The notes below the pieces were generated by a model, which was not told the origin of the DNA, searched no databases, and was given only the letters and a program-made list of their open reading frames with translations. A program made the position numbers and the translations under genes. A DNA stretch of 64,000 bases, from assembly GCF_020745735.1 (NCBI RefSeq), contig NC_083412.1, positions 71,576,320-71,640,319 of the forward strand. The letters are read 5' to 3'. Shown here piece after piece: positions 1-12,810 of this stretch (the first letter of the stretch is position 1; each line of letters opens with the position of its first letter). The stretch comes from Hemiscyllium ocellatum. Its lineage: Eukaryota.

Positions 1-780
1 CCCAGGGGACTTATCTATTTTTACCCTTTCCAGAATTTCCAACACCTCTTCCCTACATACCTCAAAGCCATCCATTCTAATTAATTGTGACTCAATATTC
101 ACATCGGCAACAATGTCCTGTTCCTGAGTGAATACTGATGAAAAGTATTCATTCAGTGTCTCTCCAATCTCTTCAGCCTCCACACACAACATCCCACTAC
201 TATCCTTGACTGGACCTATTCCTACCCTAGTCATTCTTTTATTCCTGACATACCTATAGAAAGCCTTTGGGTTTTCCCTAATCCTACCAACCAAGGACTT
301 TTCATGTCCCCTCCTTGCTGCTCTTAGCTCTCTCTTTAGATCCTTCCCGGCTACCTTATAACTCTCAATCACCCCAATTGAACCTTCACGCCTCATCTTT
401 ACATAGGCCACCCTCTTCCCTTTAACAAGGGATTCCAATTCCTTATTAAACCATGGCTCCCTCACACAACCCTTTCTTCCCTGCCTGACAGGTACATACT
501 TATCAAGGACACTCAATAGTTGCTCCTTGAACAATCTCCACGTATCGATTGCACCCTTCCCTTGAAGCCTACTTTTCCAAGCCACACATCCTAAGTCATC
601 CCTCACCACATCATAATTTCCCTGCCCCCAGCTATAACTCTTGCCCTGCAGTGCACACTTATCCCTCTCCATCACTAGAGTAAAAGTCACCGAATTGTGG
701 TCACTGTCCCCAAAGTGCTCACCTACCTCCAAACCTAACACCTGGCCTGGTTCGTTACCCAGAACCAAATCCAGTATGGC
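1..780 (-). mobile_element. CR1 LINE ORF2 fragment (endonuclease-RT linker region), runs off the window edge
   Basis: Reverse complement parallels the 36.3-kb CR1 ORF (e.g. ...RIRENPKAFYRYV.. region at ~250-290). Confidence 0.8.
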
Positions 781-784
781 TAGG

Positions 785-1626
785 TTTGGGCTGACAAGCA
801 CCATTCACACCATATAAGTGCCATGTAATGACCAGCTCCAACAAGAGAAACTTTAATCGTTACTCCGATAACAGTCAATGACATTACCATAACTAAATTC
901 ACTCACTATCACAATTCAGGGGATTACCATTAATCTGAAATCGAACTGGACTAGCCATATAAATAGTGTGGGAATGAATATGAATCCTACAGTAAGTAGC
1001 TCACCATCTGACTCCTCAGAGCCTGTCCACCATCTACAAGGTATATGTCAGGAGTGTGAAGCAATATTCCCCAGTTGTCTGGATGAGTGCAACTCCAACA
1101 ACATTCAAGAATAAGAGAATCCCTACAGTGTGGAAGCCCATTGAGTCCACATCTTCCTTCCAAACAGCATCCTACCCAGACCTACACCCTCCTTGTAACC
1201 CTGCATTTCCTATGGCTAATCCACCTAGCCTGGACACTATGGGACAATTTAGCATGGCCTGAACATCTTTAGAATGTGGGAGGAAACCGGTGAACCTGGA
1301 AGATACCTATGCATACTCTGGGAGAATGTCTGTGTGGAGCTTGCACCCAAGGCTGGAATTGAATCTGGGTCCCTGGTGCTGTGAGGCAGCAGTGCTAATC
1401 ACTGAGCCACGATGCTGCCCTGCTTGACATCTAAAGCAGCCCACTTGATTAACAAATATTCCTCCCTCCACCAGCAATGCACACTATCGAAAGATGCACT
1501 GAGAAATTTAACACTTTTCCAAACGCGTAACCACAACCATTGAGAAGTACAAGGGCAGATGATGCATGGGAACACCACTGCCAACAAGTTCTCCTCTTAG
1601 CCCCTCACCATCCTGACTTGGAAATA
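785..1626 (+). mobile_element. Second LINE family (CR1/L2 superclade, here 'LINE-B') 3' fragment, interrupted by an HE1 SINE and cut off by a Tigger-like element
   Basis: Colinear with copies at 28590-29355 and 47235-48340 (ctcacc..ctgactcc..agcctgtccaccatctacaagg..gtcaggagtgtga); sequence resumes across the SINE. Confidence 0.75.
1113..1420 (-). mobile_element. HE1-type tRNA-derived V-SINE
   Basis: tRNA-like head (rc ggcagcatcgtggctcagtgattagcactgctgcctcacag), B box, CR1-like tail; homologous to 43915-44232. Confidence 0.85.
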
Positions 1627-2180
1627 CAGGGGAACCTTGATTATCCAAACAACATTCTATGTTGAGTTAAATGTTTGTTAGGTAGGGGTATTATTATTTA
1701 AAATGCTATACAGAGGAACCTTGATTATCCGAATACCAATTATCCCAAAATCGGATTATCCGAAGGAGATCTTGAGGTCCCGATAGAAACATTACATCAA
1801 AGACGTGTTTCCAACAGTGATTGCATATTTTGTTTACAGTGATTAAACAGGCACCGTTCCCAAATGACTGCCCTGCTTGATATCTAGAGCAGCCCAATCC
1901 AAGATGAGCGGGCACTATTTCGTTCGGATCATCAATTATTCAGCTAATTGATTAAATGCCTTTCCTCTGGGGCTCAGAGTTTTTAAAGTCTGCTCGCCAT
2001 TCAGGAGACTGCACCAGCACACAGTGCGCGAGACCACGCCCCCAACACCGCATCCCGTAGGACCTCCAACCCGGTCCAACACTGCCCCTGGCCAACCCCA
2101 ACCCCCACCCAGCAACCCCGTCCAACACCTTTAGGAAATATGTGAAGTACCTTGAGACAGTGCATAAAGTATTTACCAAA
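1627..2180. mobile_element. Tigger/pogo-like non-autonomous DNA transposon, partial
   Basis: TA|CAG(G/A)GGAACCTTGATTATCC at 1627 and again at 1711, internal GATTATCCGAA repeats; right TIR not found, so the end is uncertain. Confidence 0.5.
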
Positions 2181-2439
2181 TCACTTCCAGTGATTACATG
2201 TTTTACTTAGAAAGTCTGGGGCTTGTATATTTGGAACAAAACTGATTGAGGAGGAGTTTGGCAGAGTTGTACAGAATTATTTTAGGCACGTAGACAGAGA
2301 AAACACTTTTCCATTAGCCTATGAAGAACCAGGGAATAAGTATTTAAGGCTTTGGCAATAGATACAAAGGGAATGGGATGAAGAACATTTTTCTTGTGGT
2401 AGTGATCTGGAACTTGCTGTCTACTAGGCATTTTCTTTG

Positions 2440-2800
2440 TATTCTTCCATTGGGTGCAAGCATCACTAGTGAAGCCAACGTTTGTTGCCAATTGCTCCTC
2501 ACCCTTGAACTGATTGGCGTATTAGGGAATTTCCAAGTGCAGGTAATAGTCAACCACATTGCTGTGGATCTGGAAGCACGTGTAGGCTAGACGAATGCAA
2601 GGATGACAGGTTTCCTTCCCTAAAAGAATATTAATGGCTAGATGTTTTTCTTTTAAAAACATTCAACAATGGCTCCACAATCATCATCACCGACACTGTA
2701 TCAATTTCAAATTCTATTAATTAGATTTAAGTTCCACTGGCTGTTATCATGAAATTTAAACATGTGCACTCAGAGTATTAGCATGGGTTAATTGATTAGA
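2440..2800 (-). mobile_element. SacSINE1-like Deu-SINE, decayed
   Basis: gtcaaccacattgctgtggatctgga...tttccttccctaaa core; its tail resembles the LINE-B 3' end. Confidence 0.6.
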
Positions 2801-3654
2801 CTGCATCTGCTGACAACTTCATGCATGTGCAGTAGCAACAAAATTTCTTTATTAAATTTAACTTAAGTGTTCAAAATCGTTTTACATTGTGAATGCATGT
2901 GCAGAGAATGGACAAAAGGACAGTGGTGAGCATGCAGAGTCAGAATTTGTCATTATACCATTGTTTTAGCAGACACTTTATGTAGATTATGAGTCTGGTG
3001 ACATTGCACTACAACCCTGTTTTCTCAGTGGAACTAATCAAATGATTTCCAAATTGGATGGCACCTTGAAGGAAAGTAACCTACAGAAATTGAGTAGGAG
3101 AGTAGGATTGACTGGATTACTCTGCCAGTATGAACATGATGGGTCCTTTCTTCTTGATTCTAAATTAATCTGTGTCCTAGAGTTTTGCTTCCAGGTCACA
3201 TGGCACAGATCAAGAAATTTCATGGATGACCAGACTCCCTTTCAGGTGTTCATTCCGGGAGCACTGGGGCAGTGGAAGATGGGCGCGGGATGGATTTGGA
3301 CCTGCCATCCCAAGCATGAATCAGAGATGATCACAAGGACCATGGGATGCCAAGGTGTGTGCTTGAAACATCCACCTCAATTTGCTGAGATTTCATCCAG
3401 GTTGTTTGCTTATGTTTTGGGCTCTTAAGCTCTCATCCCAGTCTCAACCATCCATCTCATACCAACACATGCCCCCTGTCTACTCCCATGGTTCTCTATC
3501 AATTTAGCGCCAATGCATATCATCTGATGCCCAAGGGCACATCCCTACTAAGTTTCCTTTGTCCTTACACCCATCTTGGAAATTTATCCTGTATCAACCA
3601 TGGGCAAACTCCAGTAACATGTTAAGATGACAGTCCAATCAATACATTTATATA

Positions 3655-3762
3655 TAACTGGAATATCAATTCAGAGGCTTATGCTAACACTGTGATATGG
3701 ATTCAAATCCTATGATCGCAGTTGGGGTTGAATTTAAATTTGATTGATAAAACTGGAATTTG
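3655..3762 (+). mobile_element. SacSINE1-like head fragment
   Basis: ggattcaaatcc B-box-like motif followed by gaatttaaatttga..aaaactggaatt. Confidence 0.4.
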
Positions 3763-5952
3763 TTCCAATCAACACCCCCATCATCACATGAAAGAATCCA
3801 TTAGCAAATTGTATTAATAATGCCACATCGAAGAGAGCTAATCCTTTCACAACCTCAGTTTTTGATTGACCTATGAACATACAACCATGTATAGTGAGAA
3901 TGATTGGTTGTGGGAAGCAGTTGAGTATTATTAATGTTTTAACTCAACGCTGAATTCAAATAGCCCTGCAACCTTTATATTTCTCACTTATGCAAATCAC
4001 AGGCCACTCCCATTCATCAAAATGTCTGTCTTTTGGAGAGGTAAGGATTGGGTGAGGCACTGGATATTAGAATTTTACCCAAAATTTTGAAAGGGGTAGT
4101 GTAGGAGGGTGTTGTCTTGAAGGGCCATGAGCAAGAAAGATGTTGATTTTACCCGGTATGGTTTCCTCCCATCACATTGATATAGATCTTTAGCCTATCA
4201 ATGGAACTTAGCAGATCTTCAGCAAGTCTCTGTTCCCGGTGGTGCTGCTGGGGCTCAGGAGCAGTCAGCTCTGATTGGTCAGATCTTTGACAGGCAAGCT
4301 GCCAAACAGTAACTCTGGCAGATGTTTAATTGGGTGTTGGCTGTACAATTGGGGGTCAAGTCCTGCCAACTGCCATATGTGCCATCTGCCTCAATGGCAA
4401 AACTGTCCATGACCTCAGATGCTACCCAATCTGCTGGGCATTTTCAGCATTATTCCAGTTTTTTAAAAAAACTCTTATTAATAAGTTGTCCTGTTTACTC
4501 ATTTACCCTCATGGAAGTTGTTAGCAAATTATTTCACTTGCTTCTTTACTTGATGAATAACTGAAAATTTGAACAACTCAGGATCCTTAGGGTCAAGTTC
4601 TCTTCATGAAAACTGAAATTTTTTTTTACCCCCAAAACAAATTGCAGGAATGCAGGACTTTGCAATGTTTCTAAGATGGACTATTTAGCTACTGCGTCAT
4701 TAATTACAGAACAAAACAAACTTTCTCCTGTTTCTCATTATAAAAGGAATTTTATCTTGCTGGTATATTCATGCCATGGATAATCTATACTTGGTTTATA
4801 AAACTTTTGTTCCTTTACTGTTTATTTGCTATTATACTGAAGAGGGAACTTTTTTAAAAAAAAAATCATAACTTGTGTGTGTCTGCATGTGGTTGCTTTT
4901 GACACAAGAAACTGTTTCCTCAGCACTTAATTTTGGGACTTGAACACAGAACCTCGTGACTTAGAAATGAATGTGTCATTGCCTGTGCCACAGCTGAAAG
5001 CCGTATACTGTAGTTCCACCTCAAAATTAACATTGGAAAGCATTGCAATGATAAGAGATAAACCGTTAAAATAAATCCAAAGTTTCTCATATTGCAATAA
5101 AGTTTAGTGAGTTGGCTACTGGAATTCAGTTCTCCTCACCCTTACTCTGTAAACTGATTTAGCTGACTAATTTCAAGCTATTTATGGTAAATTGTTTCCT
5201 TTGTATCAATCATAGTTTCTCAAACAGAAAAGCAGCACATAAAACTTTCTGATCAAATATATAAGCTGATAGTCTGAAAATAGACCATCTGAAATTGAAA
5301 GGAGTTTTGAAACATTTAGTCTTCTTAGGTCACTCCCATCACATTTTTAATTAAAGAAAGTCAATGATGCAATAAGGAAAATACAAAATGTAACACAAAT
5401 TACTAATCAATTTTCTTGACTTTTAAAAACTAATTAGATGATGTGAATGGACAAGAAAACTGTACACAAATGTAACACTATTTCCGCAAATACTTTAGGT
5501 GTGAATTATTTGTGAGGTGCTGAGGGTGCTGTCTTAAGTTAGATAGTGTTTAGAACAAAACATTGCCTTTGTAAAGGAGTTGAAACTTGTACTAAGAATG
5601 GCCATAGCAGACCACTTTAAACGATTGAGTACTGCTTTATATGTTAATACCCATTAAGAACCAAGTGAACTGCATTTTGATGGTTAGAACATGACCGAAT
5701 CCTGTTTCTTAACATTAACCCAGCTGACTAAAGGTAAACTAGTCATTGCTTAGGATTTTGAGTTAGTTAACAGGTTTCTTTTGCCTGCTTATTTGTTGTT
5801 GCAGAGTTGAAAAAAAAACCTTAGCCAAATTTCAGAAGAATTTGAGAGACATTTTATGAAGACTTCACTGTTACTTAGTAAACATTTATTCTGGGAATAC
5901 TCTGGTGACTTTACCTGAAAAGGATAAATGCTGTGCTTTTCTGTTTTAATAA

Positions 5953-6200
5953 AGAACATCAGAAATAGGAGTAGGAGAAGGCCATTCAGCCTTCTGAACA
6001 TGCTCCGCCATTTAATGTGATCATGGTTGATCTACCCCTACTCGACATCACAACACTATCTCCTTGTGGCTTAATACCTTTAGAATCCAATGATCTATTA
6101 TTTTATATATACTCAAAGACAGAGCATCCACAGCACTGTAGGGTAGAAAATTTCCCAACCCTTGGAGTCAAGAAAAATGTTCTTATTTTGTTCCTAATGG
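5953..6200 (-). mobile_element. CR1 3'-end fragment
   Basis: agaaataggagtaggagaaggccattcagcc.. typical reverse CR1 terminus, homologous to 7112-7224. Confidence 0.7.
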
Positions 6201-7106
6201 TACCTGATAGGAATTATGCAGAGAAAGGGTATGTATAATTATTAACATCTTGCTCAGGTTCCTCCTGGCTCACAGGAGAAATGAGGAGAAGAGATAAGAC
6301 CAGTCGAAGAACCAACACTGCTACAGGATTAAAGTGACAAAAGGATAAGGTTGACTCTTTCCTCGCTGTGGAATTTAGGATGCATTTACTTCTCTAGATT
6401 TTCACCTCCAATAGTTAAGTCAAATACCTGTGTACTCTCTCACCTGATTGTTGAGTCAATATTCCTGTCTATCAACCTGCACATTCCCTACCTTCAAAAA
6501 GTGTGTGAATGGAGCCCACATATACAACTAAAAATTGTGTCTCATTAGCTTCTGAATGTGAAACATATGGGTATCTGTTTAGTTCAACCATTCAAAATTA
6601 AATGACAATAATGGGTAATTAGGACCTAAATAAAACCATGGCATATAAAATGGCATGTCTTATTATTATAGTATCCATTTAGCAGCAGTTCTAAGGTTTT
6701 TTTTCACCAAAATAAGCCATATATTATCTTAAAATGACTAAATAACTTAGAAACACATGAAAGGATGGATGAAAAGTTAGCAATAAGTTCATTATTGTTA
6801 AATGGTCTGATCTCAGACTGACAATTGCCAAGAATGCTAATTTTTAAGGAAGTGAAAAAACATTTTAAAAACATATTGACACTTTCAAGTAAAGAAAATG
6901 TATAAGACCTTCCTTCCTTGCTTCCTATGGAACCTAAAAGTTTCAGTTTTATGCTAATTATCCAAGAAGTATCATTAGTGTTGGAGATATTAAAGGTTAG
7001 TTTGCCTGGTCTTATCATTTCTCCTGTGTGCCAGGAGGAACCTGAGCAAGATGTTAATAATTATACCTACCCTTTCTCCTGGTGATTCCTACAAAGTACT
7101 ATTAGG
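6193..7106. repeat. Long inverted repeat (~100-110 bp arms at 6193-6303 and 7006-7106) around ~700 bp of AT-rich spacer
   Basis: gagaaagggtatgtataattattaacatcttgctcaggttcctcctggctcacaggagaaatga matches the reverse complement of ~7016-7079 nearly base for base. Confidence 0.85.
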
Positions 7107-7111
7107 TTACT

Positions 7112-7224
7112 AATAGACAATAGATGCAGGAGTAGGCCACTCTGCCCTTCGAGCCTGCACCACCATTCAATATGATCATGGCTGATTATCCTTAATCAGT
7201 ATCCTGTTCCTGCCTTATCTCCAT
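7112..7224 (-). mobile_element. CR1 3'-end fragment
   Basis: aatagacaatagatgcaggagtaggccactctgcccttcgagcctgc. Confidence 0.75.
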
Positions 7225-7367
7225 CAAGTAACCTCCTCTCTTCCACCATTATGTCCCACTCTTATTAGGAACACAGGTCTGTATATTACTGGAAACACAA
7301 TTCCACTTTATCTCTGATATTCTTTGAGAGAACTTTGCCAAACATTTAGCCCTCAATGTTTTTTTTT

Positions 7368-7673
7368 AAGATTACTTACAGTGTGGAAACAGGCCCTTCG
7401 GCCCAACAAGTCCACACCGACCCACCGAAGCGCAACCCACCCATACCCCTACATTTACCCCTTACCTAACACTACGGGCAATTTAGCATGGCTAATTCAC
7501 CTGACCCGCACATCTTTGGGCTGTGGGAGGAAACTGGAGCACCCGGAGGCAACCCACACAGACACGGGGAGAACGTGCAAACTCCACACAGTCAGTCGCC
7601 TGAGGCGGGAATTGAACCCGGGTCTCTGGCGCTGTGAGGCATCAGTGCTAACCACTGTGCCACCGTGCTGCCC
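7368..7673 (-). mobile_element. HE1 SINE, young subfamily
   Basis: Full length, highly similar to the reverse complement of 43915-44232. Confidence 0.9.
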
Positions 7674-7696
7674 ATAAAAAATTTTGAAACTTTTAA

Positions 7697-8435
7697 CATA
7701 GAGTCATACAGCACAGAAACAGACTCTCTCGATCCAACTCATTCTAATCTGACCTAGTTCTATTTGCCATTTCTTGGCCCATATCTCTCTAAACACTTCC
7801 TATTTGTGTACCCATCCAGATGCCTTTTAATGTTATAATTGTACCCACCTCCACTACTTCCTTTGGCAGCTCGTTTCATATACGCTCCACACTCTGCGTG
7901 AAAATGTTGTCCCTTTGGTTCCTTTTAAATCTTTCCCCTCTCATCTTAAACCTATGTCCTCTAGTTTTGGACTCCCCTACCCTAGGAAAAAGACCTTCAC
8001 TGATCATACTATTCATGCCCCTCACGATTTTATAAACCTCTTTACAGTCACCCTTCAGCCTCTGACATTTCAGGGGAAAAAGGCCCCAGCCTCTCCCTGT
8101 AGCTCAAAATTTCCAGTCCCGTCAAAATCCTTGTAAATGCTTTCTGCACCCATCTCAACTTTAACAACATTCTGCCTATGGAAGGGTGACAAGAATTGTA
8201 CACCGTACTCCAAATATGGCCTCAACAATGTCCTGTCCCAACTCCTACACTTAAATGTTCTGACCAATGAAGGAAAGCATGACAAAAGGCTTCATCACCC
8301 TCCTGTCTACCCGAGACTCCACTTTCAAGGAACTATGCATCAGCATCCCTGGGTCTTTGTTCAGCAACAATCCCCGGGGCCTTACCACTACCTGTATGAG
8401 TCTTGCCCTGGTTTGCCTTCCCAAAATCCAAAACC
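7697..8435 (-). mobile_element. CR1 3' fragment
   Basis: ORF 8070-8285 contains TLLRPYLEYGVQFLSP (CR1 RT C-terminus); catagagtc tail. Confidence 0.8.
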
Positions 8436-8684
8436 TCATGATCCAGTTTTTCTGTATATTTTTAAACTTAAGTTTCTCAATAAGATTCTCACTTTTTCAT
8501 GAATTCAATGTAAATTTCCTAATCCCTGTTCATAATGCCAAAACTATCATTCAGTAAGTGACAGCAATGCATTGGGCAAATTAATTTTCACCTCCTGGAA
8601 CTAATTCCTTCAAGAATACAACCTAGCATCTCGTTTATCATTTTCACCTAATGATCATTTTATTGTTTGTTTAAGATACAGATC

Positions 8685-8962
8685 AGCCTTCCAGATCCAC
8701 CACTACTACCATCTAGAAGGGCAAGGGCAGCAGATACATGGAAACACGATCACTGCAAGTTCTCCTCCAAGCCTCTCACCATTCTGATTTAGAAATATAT
8801 TGTTGTTCCTTCGGTGTCAATGTGAGAATATCTTGGAACTCCCTCCCTCACTGCACTGTGGGCCTAACTAAACCAAATAAACTGCTGCTGTACAAGGAGG
8901 CAGCTCACAACCACCTTCTCACGGGTAATAAATAAGAAAGATGGGCTGGCCCAGCACACATC
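8685..8962 (+). mobile_element. LINE-B 3' end
   Basis: Matches 29060-29350 (gcagatacatggaaacac..aaggaggcagctcacaaccaccttc). Confidence 0.75.
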
Positions 8963-9503
8963 CTCTGAACAGGCTCAAAAGGTAAAATGCTCTTTAGGTA
9001 GAAGAGGAGGAATTACCATAGGATTATTACATTTCTTAAACAAAATAAAATCTCTTCCTGTACTACGAGATTCAAGAAAAATTGCCGAATTGGAACCAAA
9101 ATTGGCCTTTGTGCTTGGAGGCAGAGGGTGTTGGTTGAAGATTGTTTGTGTGACTGGAAGTCTGTGTCTAGTGCCATAGTGTAAGGTTCAGTAATGGGTC
9201 CCTTGCTGTTTGTAGCACACGTTAATAATTTGGATATAAATATGAGAAGTTAACTCAGTAACTTCAGATGCCACTGAAGTTGTTAGTGTGGCAACTAGTG
9301 AGGAGGAAAGCTTTAGACTTTAGGGAAATATAGACAGCTGGTCAGATGGGCTGAACAATGGCAGATAGAGTTTAATCTTGAAAATGTGAAGAAATGCATT
9401 TTGGGTGGATTAACAAGGCAAGAGAGTATGTGATAAATGTTAGGAGCCTGGGTACTACTGAAGATCAGCAGGACTTGCTTGCATATCCATAGAACTTTGA
9501 ATA

Positions 9504-11754
9504 TGAAATAAGTGAAGAGAGGCCAGTATCCCATCTCCAAGTCACCCTTTATTTACTTGTGCACAGTACACTGGCTGTGTGACCACCCAGCTCAGAGTCA
9601 GTCGCCTGAACTAAGAAGATTGTAATCTCCAGGTTTTATGTTTTTTTTAAATATTTAAATCTCTACACTATTGCCATTGGCGTTCCTGTTGCCATTTCAG
9701 CCTCCCCACAGGTCCGGGAATATTCGATTTAACCTGGTGTGGAGTCTTCTCCCCATCAGTAACTCTGCTGGATGGGATGGCACTATAATTGAACTATAAT
9801 GGTACTATAATTGAACAGTTTGGTATCAATTGCTAGGCTGCTTATTTAAGCCTGCCTTCAACTTTTTGACCACACTTTCTGTTAGACCATTGAACGATGG
9901 ATGATACGGAGCTGTAATTATGGAGTTGTAATTGCTTCAAATCCAGCTTCATAAAGAATAGATTCCCCCATCCCCGCCAACTTTGCATATCAGTTTTCTA
10001 TGCGAGGGATCAGGTATCTATGCAGCTCAAGCAGCAGTTTACTGTTTGGTTAAAATTCCTACAAAGGCAAACTGAGCCATCAGGCTTCACAATCAGTACG
10101 ACCAGTGCTGCCCATTCTGCAAACGGAACTGGTTTGACGATTCCTTCACTCTCCACTCTCCAGATTTCCACCCCTAATTTTGCCTGCAAGGCAAATGGCA
10201 CTGGGTGGGCTTTGCAAAATCTCAGAATTGCCTCCTAGTCAAAAAGTAAAGTGGCTTTGGCCCCTATGATAGTCCCAAGCCCTTCCTGAAATATTCCTGG
10301 TTATTTCACTAGGACTTTACTGAGGCAGACATTTTCTAATCGAAAAATGTTGAATCAATCCAGGTGAATCTTTCTCAACCAATTCTGCCTGTGGCAACAG
10401 CACCAATTGCTTCTCATAAGAGACCGGAGCCAAAGTTATACCCTTAACCTGCAACTGCTCCCAGTGTATGTTCAGTTTGGCTGAGGTTTTGAGCAAACTT
10501 AAGGGCTGGGGTCCCGAGTAAATCTTATTAAAGACAGATTCTGCAACCACAGACACAGCTGCACCAGTAACAGCCTCCATAGGAACTGAGTGACCATTTA
10601 ACCAAACATTAATATTAAATCAGTTGTGACTTGGATGTAACTAAGCAATTGAATTGTTCCAAGCCACAGTTAGGGGAACTCTCCAAAATGTGCACGACCT
10701 ATGAGTTTTCTTTCTCAAGTCAGGCCTTGTAAGACTCCTTTGCTGTTTTAAGTCCACAACCCAGCAGCAATAACAATGGCTTGCTGGCCCAGATCCTGAA
10801 AAACGTTTTAGTCACTGAGCCAAGACTCAGCTTTATTGTGAGGTTCTGCTATGGGTTGGCCTAGCGTCCCTCTGCTCAGGATAAGCCCTGTAATTGCCTA
10901 CACTCACGTCATGTTGTTGAAGCTCAGTTGGACAGGTGAGGGTATCCACTTCCATTGGGATGCCCTGTAGTTCCCATGCTCCTCTTGCCACATCTTCTAG
11001 TGATAAAGTCAGTTGCAGTGTCTGTTTGAATTTCAGGCAGGCTTTAGCTGGTAGGTGCTTTTGCGTTATGTCATTAATCCCAATATCAAATGGTCTCAGC
11101 ATTTCATGCAGCATTAATTCAAAATCACATGCCTCTACCGGTCATCTCAACCTCGTCAACAGCTGAATAAAACCAATCATGTCTCAGAATTAGAGGTGGT
11201 TTGGAGTCGTAATAGTCCTTAACCAATTCTGTCAACTCTTGGAAGGTTTTAGTGTCTTGTGCCTCTGGAATAGTTAAACCCCTTATAACTGAAAATGCTG
11301 CAGTTCCATATGCAGTCAGAAGGATTACCTGTTGCTTTTCATCTGCCCCAATGCCATTTGCCCGGAAAATATATTGCATTCTTTCCACATTCTGTACCCA
11401 GTCTTCGACAGCAGGGTCAAATGAGTCAAGCTTTCCAAATAGAGGCATGATGCCAGAAATGCTTACCCAAACTCCAGAATGACAGTTGCCACTGAGGTAA
11501 CTGCCCAGAGGCCAGTATCCCATCACCAAGTCACCCTTTGTTTACTTGGGCACAGTACACTAACTGTGGCCAGCCAGCTCAGAGCCAGGCATCTGAACAG
11601 AAGAGATTCTAATCTCCTGGCTACTTTCTTTTCCTGTGGAGATTCTAATCTCCTGCTTATATTGGTCAGTTCGGGCTTTCCTGATTGATTGGGGTTATTA
11701 ACCTGGGCCAACAGCTTCGTAGACAATGAGGTCAACCTGGTTCCAAACAGTACA
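9504..11754 (-). mobile_element. Mag-type Ty3/Gypsy LTR retrotransposon, internally deleted and decayed
   Basis: 5' LTR 11493-11754 (TGTA..CCTCA) followed by PBS-like GTGGCAAC; partial 3' LTR 9504-~9640 ending TTATTTCA; gag, protease (MEAVTGAAVS), RT start (AEWAA..VKPDGSVCLC), integrase end (PAELLMGRRL); degenerate 5-bp TSD GAATA/GAAAG. Confidence 0.88.
11125..11450 (-). pseudogene. Gypsy gag remnant
   Basis: MPLFGKLDSFDPAVEDW..ERMQYIFRANGI..PEAQDTKTFQELTELVKDYYDSKP, Mag-type gag N-terminus. Confidence 0.8.
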
Positions 11755-12424
11755 GAAAGCAACAGGACAGATGGATTGGATGGTCAAGGTTGCATTTGGG
11801 ATACTTGCCTTTATTAGTTGAGGCACTGAATCCAAGAGCAGGGAAATTATGATGGAGCTGTACAGGACATTGGTTAGGCCAAAGCTAGAGTACTGTTTGC
11901 AGTTCTGGACACCACATTCTCGGAAAGATGGGATTGCTTTGGAAAATATGCAGAGGAGATTAACCAGGATGTTGCCCAGACTCAAACATTTCAGCTACAT
12001 AGAGGAGACCACATAGGCTAAGGTTGTTTTCTTCAGAGCAAAGGCAGCCAATTGTGGTTTACAACATTCAGAGGAACATAGTTAGGGTAGATAGGAATAA
12101 ACTTTTCCCCTAAGTAGACCATTAATTAGCATGGAGCATAGGTTTAAGGTTAAAGGCAGGAGGTATAGAGGGGATTCAATGGGAAATGTTTTCACTTCAC
12201 TCAGGATGGTCTTTATCTGGAACTCATTGTTCAAAAGGGTGGTAGAGGCAGTAATCATTACAACATTTAAGCAATATTTAGATAAATACTTGCAATGACA
12301 TAACTTACAAGGCCATAGACCAAGTGCTGGAAAACGGGATTAATGTAGGTAGGTGCTTGATGACTAGTGTGAAATCAGTTGGCCAAAGGGTCTCTTTCTG
12401 TGCTGTAATACTTTATGACTCATG

Positions 12425-12810
12425 GAGTCATAGAGTCAAACAACATAGAAATAGACCCTTCAGTCCATCCAGTCCATTCCAATCATAATTCCAACTGCCT
12501 GCTCTTAGGCCATATCCCTCTAAACCTTTCCAATTAATGTACTTTTATCCAAATGTCTTTTAAATGTTGTAATTGTGCCCATATCCATCACTTCCTCAGG
12601 AAGTTCATTCCACATACCAATCATCCTGTGTAAGAACTATTTACTCATGACTTTTTTAAAAAATCTCTCTTCTCACCTTAAATATGGGTCCCCTCGTCTT
12701 GCATTCCTTATCCTAGGAAAAATATACCGACCATTAACCCTATCTATACCCCTCATGATTTAATAACTTTTCAAAAGTTCACTTCTCAACCTCATGAAAA
12801 AAGTCTCAGC
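12425..12810 (-). mobile_element. CR1 3' fragment
   Basis: gagtcatagagtc tail; homologous to 7697-8070. Confidence 0.7.

Larger units (their letters stand above)
9085..12420 (+). mobile_element. Old CR1 RT/3' fragment split by a Gypsy insertion (9085-9503 and 11755-12420)
   Basis: Decayed RQRVLVE..QGSV.GPLLF..WAEQWQIEFN before the insertion; LVRPKLEYCLQFWTP after it. Confidence 0.8.
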
